Shown: in pieces, positions 38,359-45,113 of the stretch
Numbering within the stretch: the stretch's first letter is position 1
How the letters are laid out: each line of letters opens with the position of its first letter
IMG/VR virus record: IMGVR_UViG_3300028840_006257
Location: 149,011 to 213,010 of that record
Reading direction: 5' to 3' (one strand)
Length of the DNA stretch: 64,000 nt
Made by a program: the position numbers and the translations under genes
The notes under the pieces: model-generated
What the model was told of the DNA's origin: nothing
What the model saw: the letters and a program-made list of their open reading frames with translations, nothing else
The model's database searches: none

Positions 38359-39197
38359 CGGTCTCCTCCGTCGAACAGGAGGATCCGGTCGAGCATGGCC
38401 GCCGGGAACCTGCGTCGCAGGATCTCCTCGGCCTCCTCGCGCGAGTGCTTCATGGACCTGTGCGTGAGCACGAGATAGTCGCCCTCGAATTTCTCGCAGT
38501 GCTCGGCCATCTCGGCCACGTGCGTGTGGCCGTAGCGCCGCGCGCCCTCGACGTTCGCGTCGTCCATCTCCCAGGTCGTGACCTCGTGGACGAGCACCTT
38601 GGCCCTCCGAGCCCTCTCGTGCTCCAGCAGGAAGTCGATCCGGGTGTCGCCCGAGACCACCAGGAGGGTGCTCACCACGTCGTCCGTGACCTGCACGCCC
38701 TCCCGACGGAGGCGCCCTATCTCGGAGCCCTCCATGCCGACGAACTCGGTCTTGAGCTTGCTCGTGGTGCGGTCGACGCCCCACCCGAGCGACGCCCCCC
38801 GGTGCCAGCTCCGCATCGCGTGTACGACCGCGCCGCGTCCGAGCTCGAAGAAGTAGCCGGGCCTCGCGGGGTAGAGGCGAACCTTCGCCTCGTGCTCGCT
38901 GTCCCGCTGCACGTCGCGCATCGCCTCGAGGAGCCTCTCCATCGGCTCGCCGAGCTCGTCCGGTAGGTAGACGCTCAGCGTCGCCTTGTTGCGCCGAATG
39001 GAGCGCAGGCTCACGATGTACGGGAGCGCCGCCACGTGGTCCGCGTGACCGTGGGTCAGGAAGACGTGGTCGACGGTCGCCCCTGGCACCGCGCCCGCGT
39101 CGAACACAGCGCGGATCTCGGGGACGTGGAACGCCGTCTGGCAGCCGCCCTGGGCGAACCCGTGCAGCGTCACGCCGCCTATGCTGATCTTCTCCAT
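38355..39197 (-). CDS. RNase Z-like metallo-beta-lactamase
   Basis: FDAG, THGHADH, SGDT, HEVT, GHTH, LTH.S. Confidence 0.85.
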   Translation of the reverse strand: MEKISIGGVTLHGFAQGGCQTAFHVPEIRAVFDAGAVPGATVDHVFLTHGHADHVAALPYIVSLRSIRRNKATLSVYLPDELGEPMERLLEAMRDVQRDSEHEAKVRLYPARPGYFFELGRGAVVHAMRSWHRGASLGWGVDRTTSKLKTEFVGMEGSEIGRLRREGVQVTDDVVSTLLVVSGDTRIDFLLEHERARRAKVLVHEVTTWEMDDANVEGARRYGHTHVAEMAEHCEKFEGDYLVLTHRSMKHSREEAEEILRRRFPAAMLDRILLFDGGDR

Positions 39198-39239
39198 GAT
39201 CACCTGCACGGGGCGTTCGTGAAATTTACAGAACCCCCG

Positions 39240-39431
39240 TCAGAAGGCGCTTGGAAACCTCTGATGGGACTGTCCGCGCGGAGGGCGCTTCGGGGGCGGC
39301 TGCGCGTCTTCGGGTTCGACACGAGCCCCACAGCGGGCACAGAAGCGTCTCCCGTTCTTGTCGGGGCTGGTCAGCATTCCGCGGTGGGTGCACAGCGACA
39401 TGCGGTCGTAGTGGGTGAAAAGCAGTGACAT
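39240..39431 (-). CDS. small Zn-finger protein
   Basis: CTH...CARC. Confidence 0.45.
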   Translation of the reverse strand: MSLLFTHYDRMSLCTHRGMLTSPDKNGRRFCARCGARVEPEDAQPPPKRPPRGQSHQRFPSAF

Positions 39432-39451
39432 CTTGGATTCTTTCGAGGTTG

Positions 39452-39524
39452 TGCCCCAGGACGGAGTTGAACCGCCGACACTCTGGACTTCAGCCAGATG
39501 CTCTACCGCCTGAGCTACCGGGGC
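39452..39524 (-). tRNA. tRNA-Phe(GAA)
   Basis: Cloverleaf; TCTGG-CTGAAGT-CCAGA. Confidence 0.9.
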
Positions 39525-39525
39525 G

Positions 39526-39601
39526 TGGTCCCTCGGGCGGCGCTTGAATCCGCGTCTCCTGGGCTTCAACCAGGCGCTTGAACCGTCTCAGCTACCGAGG
39601 G
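39526..39601 (-). tRNA. tRNA-Phe(GAA), divergent copy with CCA
   Basis: CCCTCGG/CCGAGGG-A-CCA; CCTGG-TTGAAGC-CCAGG; imperfect T-stem. Confidence 0.75.
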
Positions 39602-39646
39602 GCATGGCATTGCGCCGAGCCGCTCTCCCGAAGGAGACCGACCCGG

Positions 39647-39799
39647 CTAGGCGAACAGCTCCGCGGTGACGGGGTGCGTGACGGGGATCGAACCCGTAAC
39701 CTCCTGGGCCACAACCAGGCGCTCTGCCATCCGAGCTCCACGCACCATGAGATGATGGTGTGGGGCCTCGTCGGCGTCGGTATGTCGTCCAGCGAGCAC
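39647..39799 (-). CDS. His-rich leader ORF reading through tRNA-His (50 aa)
   Basis: AGGA..GTG; MLAGRHTDADEAPHHHLM.., open to TAG 39649-39647. Confidence 0.5.
   Translation of the reverse strand: MLAGRHTDADEAPHHHLMVRGARMAERLVVAQEVTGSIPVTHPVTAELFA
39673..39746 (-). tRNA. tRNA-His(GUG)
   Basis: G-1:C73 pair; CCTGG-TTGTGGC-CCAGG. Confidence 0.92.
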
Positions 39800-39821
39800 G
39801 GTCTCGGTTCCTGAAGTGTTG

Positions 39822-39849
39822 AAGATACCCGAAAATCTCCGGGTGTCAA
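39822..39849 (-). promoter_or_regulatory. sigma70-type promoter
   Basis: TTGACA-16-TATCTT. Confidence 0.7.
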
Positions 39850-39855
39850 GTGGAG

Positions 39856-39932
39856 TGGTAGCGGGGACAGGATTTGAACCTGTGGCCTCCGGGTTATGAG
39901 CCCGACGAGCTACCTGACTGCTCTACCCCGCA
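39856..39932 (-). tRNA. initiator tRNA-fMet(CAU)
   Basis: 1:72 mismatch, GGG/CCC anticodon stem, CTCATAA loop, CCA. Confidence 0.92.
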
Positions 39933-40090
39933 TCATAGGGGACTTGCCGTTTCCAGACACCGGGTTCGGTGGAGATCGTCAACCAGGGCTCGATTCTACA
40001 TATCAATCGTCGTCCCCTGCGCTGCTTGACTCCGTCCACTATCGGGCGGTGTTGGGCCGCGGGTGTTCGCCGCGGAGGTCTCCTTTCGTC

Positions 40091-40399
40091 TCAGTGGTAG
40101 TCGTCCCAGATCTCGATGGCCCTCTCCGGCATCTCGTCCCCTTGGACCAGGTCCCAGAAGTCGCGGATGCCATTCCTGGAGAGGATGATTCCGGAGAGGA
40201 ACCGCGAACCGTCACCCGCGCCGAGCTCATCGGCCCACTCGAGTACCTCGTCCAGGCTCTCGAAGTCTCGGACGTGCCACGCCAGCTCCTGCACCTCGTC
40301 GGTCTGCTTCTTGTGGCGGAAGATGCCCTTCTGCCCCGTGCAGCCGTCGGTGAGGACGGGGTTGCCGCTCGTTCTCTTGACCGCGAATCGCATCGGCAT
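40091..40399 (-). CDS. hypothetical protein
   Basis: AGGAG RBS; about 100 aa. Confidence 0.6.
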   Translation of the reverse strand: MPMRFAVKRTSGNPVLTDGCTGQKGIFRHKKQTDEVQELAWHVRDFESLDEVLEWADELGAGDGSRFLSGIILSRNGIRDFWDLVQGDEMPERAIEIWDDYH

Positions 40400-40414
40400 C
40401 TCCTGGGCTGCGTG

Positions 40415-40455
40415 AAAGGAAACCCCGGAAGCCTCTCTCGAGGGGGCGTCCGGGG
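40415..40455 (-). terminator. probable terminator closing the ncRNA cluster
   Basis: CCCCGGA..TCCGGGG hairpin followed by TTTCCTTT. Confidence 0.55.
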
Positions 40456-40466
40456 ACGGGAAAGTT

Positions 40467-40618
40467 GGTCAACGCCGAGTGAAGAACCTTGATCGCGTTT
40501 TCACGCCAGATTTACACGTCTGGTGGCTTTTCCAATTTGCCTACCCCGCCGTGTGGTGGCGGGGGCTGGACTCGAACCAGCAAGGTTTGCTTGTGAGGTT
40601 GATCTGCGGGCGTTGACC
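40467..40618 (-). ncRNA. motif RNA D enclosing a circularly permuted tRNA-Tyr-like body (Y-RNA-like)
   Basis: GGTCAACGCC/GGCGTTGACC outer stem; order T-arm, acceptor hairpin with ACCA loop, D-arm, anticodon arm, variable arm. Confidence 0.75.
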
Positions 40619-40626
40619 TAAAGGGT

Positions 40627-40758
40627 AGAAGCGACCGAGTTGAAAGGCTGTTTGATGCAAGGAGCAGGACTTGAACCTGCGACCTTCGGTTTGTCGAACC
40701 GACGCTCAAGCCAGCTGAGCTGTCTTTGCTTGTGAGCCTGACCTTGGTGGTCGCTTCT
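40627..40758 (-). ncRNA. motif RNA C enclosing a tRNA-Val(GAC)-like body (40656-40729)
   Basis: AGAAGCGACC/GGTCGCTTCT outer stem, AGGCT/AGCCT inner stem, full cloverleaf inside. Confidence 0.75.
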
Positions 40759-40890
40759 TGGTGGCGGACCCTGGAGTCGAACCAGGTTGCTTGTGGACCT
40801 TCAACGGGTGCCTCTCCGGGAGAGGTGAGTGTTGTTGTCGGTTTTACCGATTTACCGTCGGGTGACCCCCCGCCGGGGTCTTGGTCCGCC
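40759..40890 (-). ncRNA. motif RNA B: tRNA-like RNA (GTA loop) with about 60-nt insert in the variable region
   Basis: GGCGGAC/GTCCGCC-A-CCA; CCTGG-TTCGACT-CCAGG; CCGA-CGGTAAA-TCGG. Confidence 0.7.
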
Positions 40891-40902
40891 GTGTTGTAGG
40901 TA

Positions 40903-41014
40903 GTTCCGAGAGCGTGGTCTTGCTGGCTTCAAGACCCCGACCCTCTGGGGTCGGGGATGCGCTTGTAGGACCTGCGCGTTTGGCTTTGATCCTCGAGGGA
41001 GGTTAGCCAGGAAC
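40903..41014 (-). ncRNA. motif RNA A (no tRNA body)
   Basis: GTTCC/GGAAC ends, AGGTC-CTACAAGC motif, strong hairpins. Confidence 0.5.
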
Positions 41015-41026
41015 AGCCGAGAAAGG

Positions 41027-41055
41027 AGTCTGGGGCAGCGCAGAGCCGTTGTCAA
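41027..41055 (-). promoter_or_regulatory. sigma70-type promoter for the ncRNA cluster
   Basis: TTGACA-17-CAGACT. Confidence 0.7.
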
Positions 41056-41064
41056 CCCCCTTTC

Positions 41065-41637
41065 TCAGATTTTCTCGACCCGCGCCGGCGAGATCGAGTA
41101 CCCCACCTTCCGGCGCGTCTGGACGAACTGCTGGACCGCGAGCGCGAGGAAGGCGCTCACGACTTGGATGAAGGGGAGAAATTCCCCCTCTTCGCAGGTG
41201 GCAGCCCCCGCCACGTCCTCGTCGTCGACCACGAAGTCCTCCTCCCAGATGATCCTCCCGTAGCCACCGTCGGCCGCGAGGGCCCCGTGGAGGCACGGGA
41301 CTCCGTTCGCGCGGGCGAAACCCTGGACGAGCCTGCGAGCCTCGCCGTTGTCTAGGCAGTCGACGAGGAGCTCGGCGCCGCCCAGGAGCTGGGTCGTGTT
41401 GTCGGCCGTGAGCTTGTGGCCCACGACGTCGACCTTGCGACCGAAGCAGAACTGCATGGCTCCCCGAAGCGCCTCGGTTTTCTTCTTGCCCACGCCAGCC
41501 CTCAGGTGGAACTGCGAGGCGACATTCTTCATCTCGACCCTGTCGAAATCCACGAGGGTCAGAATCACCTTCTCGTTCCGCAGGGCCTGAACCAGGTGCG
41601 AGCCCAGGGCGCCGGCTCCGACGATCGTGATCTTCAC
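41065..41637 (-). CDS. ThiF/MoeB/E1-like adenylyltransferase
   Basis: IVGAGALGS, DFDRVE.KN..SQ, GK.K, VDCLDN..AR, ATCE. Confidence 0.9.
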   Translation of the reverse strand: MKITIVGAGALGSHLVQALRNEKVILTLVDFDRVEMKNVASQFHLRAGVGKKKTEALRGAMQFCFGRKVDVVGHKLTADNTTQLLGGAELLVDCLDNGEARRLVQGFARANGVPCLHGALAADGGYGRIIWEEDFVVDDEDVAGAATCEEGEFLPFIQVVSAFLALAVQQFVQTRRKVGYSISPARVEKI

Positions 41638-41849
41638 GGCACGGTCCTCGCGTTTACGCTCCGCAGCTTTTTCCACTCGCCCTCGTGGAAACGGCAGTAG
41701 TGATGTTTGACGTTCACCTCGAGGCCGTCCTCCGTGCTTCGGATGTCGTGCGTGGGGATGACGATCCTGTCTCCCTCGATCCTGGCGCCGAGCACGGCGA
41801 GCATCTCCTCCAACCCCGGAGTGCATTCTCCCAGACGTTCGATGATCAT
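41634..41849 (-). CDS. hypothetical protein
   Basis: AGGAGG RBS; GTGA overlap with the E1 gene. Confidence 0.6.
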   Translation of the reverse strand: MIIERLGECTPGLEEMLAVLGARIEGDRIVIPTHDIRSTEDGLEVNVKHHYCRFHEGEWKKLRSVNARTVP

Positions 41850-41859
41850 GGCTTCCTCC

Positions 41860-42216
41860 TTACTTGGGTTTCCCGCGTCTCAGTAGCTCGTCGGCGACCA
41901 TGCCGAGGAACTCCTCCTTGCGGCGTTCGCGGTTGGCCTCGGCGTTGCGGAGCACCTCTCGCAGGTGGTCCACGGTCGACTCCCGCTTTTCGTCCACCTT
42001 CGACTGGATGCGCTTGGCATTCTCGATGGCGTCGAGCACGGACGTAGAGGGCCCTTTGGCGGTGAATGTCAGGGTCTCCCCGTTCTTCACGAGCCGCGAG
42101 GTCCCTCCGGCGTCCCGGTGCAGCTCCCGCAGGGCTCGGAACGCCTCCCTCGCCTTCGGCCACATCGAGCTAGGGACCCGAAGGGTGACGGTGTGCTCGA
42201 TAGGGTCGCCGACCAT
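41860..42216 (-). CDS. hypothetical protein
   Basis: 118 aa ORF within the operon. Confidence 0.6.
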   Translation of the reverse strand: MVGDPIEHTVTLRVPSSMWPKAREAFRALRELHRDAGGTSRLVKNGETLTFTAKGPSTSVLDAIENAKRIQSKVDEKRESTVDHLREVLRNAEANRERRKEEFLGMVADELLRRGKPK

Positions 42217-42222
42217 GCTCGC

Positions 42223-42477
42223 CTACCGTCCGAACGCGGCCTTGGGACGAAGGTAGAGCCGATTGCCCTGGTCGTCCTTCGCAGTGAATCTGTCCACCAC
42301 GAAGTCCCCGAAGTTGACGTTCGGGTCGGCGTCGATTCCGGGGACGTGCCCGGCGGCGACGGCCTCGGTGGCCCACGCCTTGATGTCGGCGTCGGTCGCG
42401 TCGAACTGGACCGGGTCCGGGAGGTCACCGTTCATCCCGTTCACGGTGATGTTGAGACGTGCCTCATTCTCTTCCAT
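42223..42477 (-). CDS. ubiquitin-like (beta-grasp) protein, C-terminus ..LRPKAAFGR
   Basis: 84 aa; N-terminal beta hairpin then helix pattern; penultimate Gly; lies between JAB and E1 genes. Confidence 0.65.
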   Translation of the reverse strand: MEENEARLNITVNGMNGDLPDPVQFDATDADIKAWATEAVAAGHVPGIDADPNVNFGDFVVDRFTAKDDQGNRLYLRPKAAFGR

Positions 42478-42856
42478 TTTCCTTCTCCTGTTCTGAGTGC
42501 TTGCGAAGCTGTGCGGTCCAGTCGGGCTCGTTCGTGAGGATCGACAACGCGTAGTCGTGCTCGCCCGGTCCTTTCCAGCGCAGGGCGACGACGTTCGATG
42601 AGCTCGTGATCCACCAGGTGAGGCGCCGGCCGAGACCATGCTCGACGGCGGCGAAGGTGGTGATGTCTTCGTGGGAGGGCCCTGGGACCCCGTTGCCGGG
42701 ATGGCTGTGCGCGAAGCCGAGGCCCTCGTCCTCGCGGTGCTTCCACAGGACCAGCCAGAGGTTCCGCTTGTCGGGAATGTTCCCTCCCGTCCTGTCGGGT
42801 GGCAGGTGCCAGAACACGGGGCCCCCGGCCGTGACGACGACGCCGGTCTCGATCAT
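42464..42856 (-). CDS. JAB/MPN+ metallopeptidase
   Basis: N-terminal E, HSHP......PS..D JAMM motif. Confidence 0.85.
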   Translation of the reverse strand: MIETGVVVTAGGPVFWHLPPDRTGGNIPDKRNLWLVLWKHREDEGLGFAHSHPGNGVPGPSHEDITTFAAVEHGLGRRLTWWITSSSNVVALRWKGPGEHDYALSILTNEPDWTAQLRKHSEQEKENGRE

Positions 42857-43383
42857 GGCTTGTCTCCCTTCAGGATCGTCGTCCGTATCCCCGCAGGAAG
42901 AAGCGCCTCGGGGCGCTCGAAGAACCACCCGAACAGCGGGAAGGGGGTTTCCCAGTCACGCCGGACGAGCACGAGGTCTTCGCCGGGGGCCGTCCTGTCC
43001 ACGCTGATCTCGGCGAACTTCACGAAGGGCCTCTGCTCCCGCTGGAACATGACCACGATGCCTTCGAAGTCGAACATCACGTACTCGGCGTAGATGTCAC
43101 GCCAGAAGGGAATCAGGGCGGCTACGAAGGCTTCGATGGACGAGTAGTTCCCCACCGATCCCCACGTGAACATGTCGCCCCTGGGACCGGCCCCGACGCC
43201 GTGCCCCTCGACGACGTACCGGAGCATCCGATGGGCGTCCGCGTTGTACCCGTCCTCCGCCGAGGGATACGGCGTGGACTCTTTGAGCGCCTCCATGATC
43301 TTGAGCTGTCGGCGCGCGCACACGAAGAGCTTCGCGTCGCTTCTGACCTCGAACTGGACGGTGATGTTGCAGCAGACGCTCAT
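42853..43383 (-). CDS. hypothetical protein
   Basis: ATGA overlaps on both sides. Confidence 0.65.
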   Translation of the reverse strand: MSVCCNITVQFEVRSDAKLFVCARRQLKIMEALKESTPYPSAEDGYNADAHRMLRYVVEGHGVGAGPRGDMFTWGSVGNYSSIEAFVAALIPFWRDIYAEYVMFDFEGIVVMFQREQRPFVKFAEISVDRTAPGEDLVLVRRDWETPFPLFGWFFERPEALLPAGIRTTILKGDKP

Positions 43384-44192
43384 ACGCCTTTCTTCTTTCG
43401 CAGGGCCCTCTCAGGGGGCCAGCCTTTCAGGAGACGGTAGCGAATCGTGGTGCTGCTCAGGCCCGTCTCTTCGGCCCAAGCAGCGAGGCATTGAATTTTT
43501 CCGAAGGCCCGAATTTCCCGGTTGTTACGACGATTGCGTGCCTGTTCTTTGCGAGTCGCCCACCGGACGTTTCCAGGTCCGTAGTCCCCATCGATGTCTA
43601 GCCGATCGAGCGTGTGGTGGGGGCTCGGGGAAGGTCCCATGTCTCGTAAAAAGTTGGCGAACGACGTGATCCAGGGTTCGTGGATTCCAATCCCACGACC
43701 TCCGTAATTTTCGTACCCCATGGCTTGCGGATCTAGGCACCTCTTTTTCATTGCGTGCCATGAATTCCACTCAGGTCTCCCCCACCCGCCGTGGATAGTC
43801 GCCGTTTTCCTCAACCTCTCGGCGGCCACCTCCTTGTTCAGACAGCCGCAGGATTTCGTTTTTTCGGCAAGCAAATCGTATCGCCAGATCCACCTTTCCG
43901 CGCCACAAGAGTAGCGACACAGCACCCATTGACGTTCATTCCTGAGAACGGTGAGACGGTGAAAGACAGTGCCCTGCGGGATGGAGACGGTCTTCGAGTG
44001 CTTCTTCCACTTCTCCTGAAGTTGCTGACGTCGCAGGCATCCGCAGGACTTGCTCGCTCCCCTGACGAGATTGCAGCGACGAAACGTCATTGACGTTCCG
44101 CACTCGCAGAGACACAGAACGTCCTTGTAGCCTCGGTCTTCCATGACAGTCAGACGGCCGAAGCGCTCCCCGCTCTCTAAACGTGTCGCCAT
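43380..44192 (-). CDS. free-standing HNH homing-endonuclease-like protein
   Basis: Two G..F.RLTV..C..SKSCGCL repeats; W..MK.RC, YGGRGI, LDR.D.DGDY.P.NVRWAT..EQ..N; lower GC. Confidence 0.85.
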   Translation of the reverse strand: MATRLESGERFGRLTVMEDRGYKDVLCLCECGTSMTFRRCNLVRGASKSCGCLRRQQLQEKWKKHSKTVSIPQGTVFHRLTVLRNERQWVLCRYSCGAERWIWRYDLLAEKTKSCGCLNKEVAAERLRKTATIHGGWGRPEWNSWHAMKKRCLDPQAMGYENYGGRGIGIHEPWITSFANFLRDMGPSPSPHHTLDRLDIDGDYGPGNVRWATRKEQARNRRNNREIRAFGKIQCLAAWAEETGLSSTTIRYRLLKGWPPERALRKKKGV

Positions 44193-45106
44193 ATCACCAG
44201 CTTGCCTTCTCTCACGGCTTGCCGAATGATAAGGGGCAGGCTTTCCAATGTAAAGTAGGTGTCGTAGGACTCCTCCGTGGCGTGGTCGGTGAGGCACACG
44301 CCCGCGTCGATGATGTGGAGGTTCGTGTCGCAGACGCACTCGAGGCGCTGGCCGTCGACGCGGTACTTCACGGCCCACTCTCCGCGACGGACCCTGCGGT
44401 GGTCGAGGTAGTCGGCTCCTCCCACTTGGAGCGCGGCCCTCGCAGCCTCGGCGAAGTTCTCCTGAGCCATGGCGCGTCGGGTGGCGCCGTCCCCGAGTCG
44501 TTCGCGGAGCTCGGCACGGCGCTGCTCCCGGAGCCTCCGGGCCTCCTCCTCGGCACGTCGCCGGGCGATCTCCTGCCGACGCAGCTCGGCCTGCTCGCGT
44601 CGGTACGTCTCCATGCGGAAGGCGGCGTCGAGGGCCGGGACGACGCCGGGAATCCCGGTCACGTCCTTCTTCCCGTCGAGGTAGGCGTCCATGACCTCGT
44701 TCTCGGGACCGAGCGGGAACGCCTGCTCGAGGAAGATGAGGGGGCCCTCTGGATAGATCCTCCCGGCCCGCACTCGGGAGAACCTGTCGAGCTCCTCGGG
44801 GATGAGGTGGACCCTCTCCGAGTGTCCCACGATCGTGGCGGGATCCGGGTCCACGCGGACCTCGTCGGAGACGATCCGGTCCCCGACGAGGTACCCGGTG
44901 ACAGGATTCCTGAGGATCTCAGGCACCGGCTCGGCGCTCTCGAAACTCGTGGCCGTGTTGCCCTCGATCCTGAACCGATACCACCCGAACTCGCGCAGGC
45001 GGCTCCCCAGCTTGAAGGTGCGGGAGTCCGAGTGGAGGGACGCGCCTCCCGTCCAGGGAAGGGTGACGGTCTCCGCGCCGCCGGCCAAGAGGTCCCTCCA
45101 TCCCAT
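44177..45106 (-). CDS. protein with candidate C-terminal E2/UBC-like domain
   Basis: LHIIDAGVCL..YDTYFTLESLPLII resembles UBC G.ICL..W.P..T; operon context. Confidence 0.5.
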   Translation of the reverse strand: MGWRDLLAGGAETVTLPWTGGASLHSDSRTFKLGSRLREFGWYRFRIEGNTATSFESAEPVPEILRNPVTGYLVGDRIVSDEVRVDPDPATIVGHSERVHLIPEELDRFSRVRAGRIYPEGPLIFLEQAFPLGPENEVMDAYLDGKKDVTGIPGVVPALDAAFRMETYRREQAELRRQEIARRRAEEEARRLREQRRAELRERLGDGATRRAMAQENFAEAARAALQVGGADYLDHRRVRRGEWAVKYRVDGQRLECVCDTNLHIIDAGVCLTDHATEESYDTYFTLESLPLIIRQAVREGKLVIWRHV

Positions 45107-45113
45107 GACTACC

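Noticed and set aside
40759-40890. tmRNA
   Set aside because: No G3:U70 Ala identity, it retains an anticodon-like arm, and it is too short with no tag ORF.
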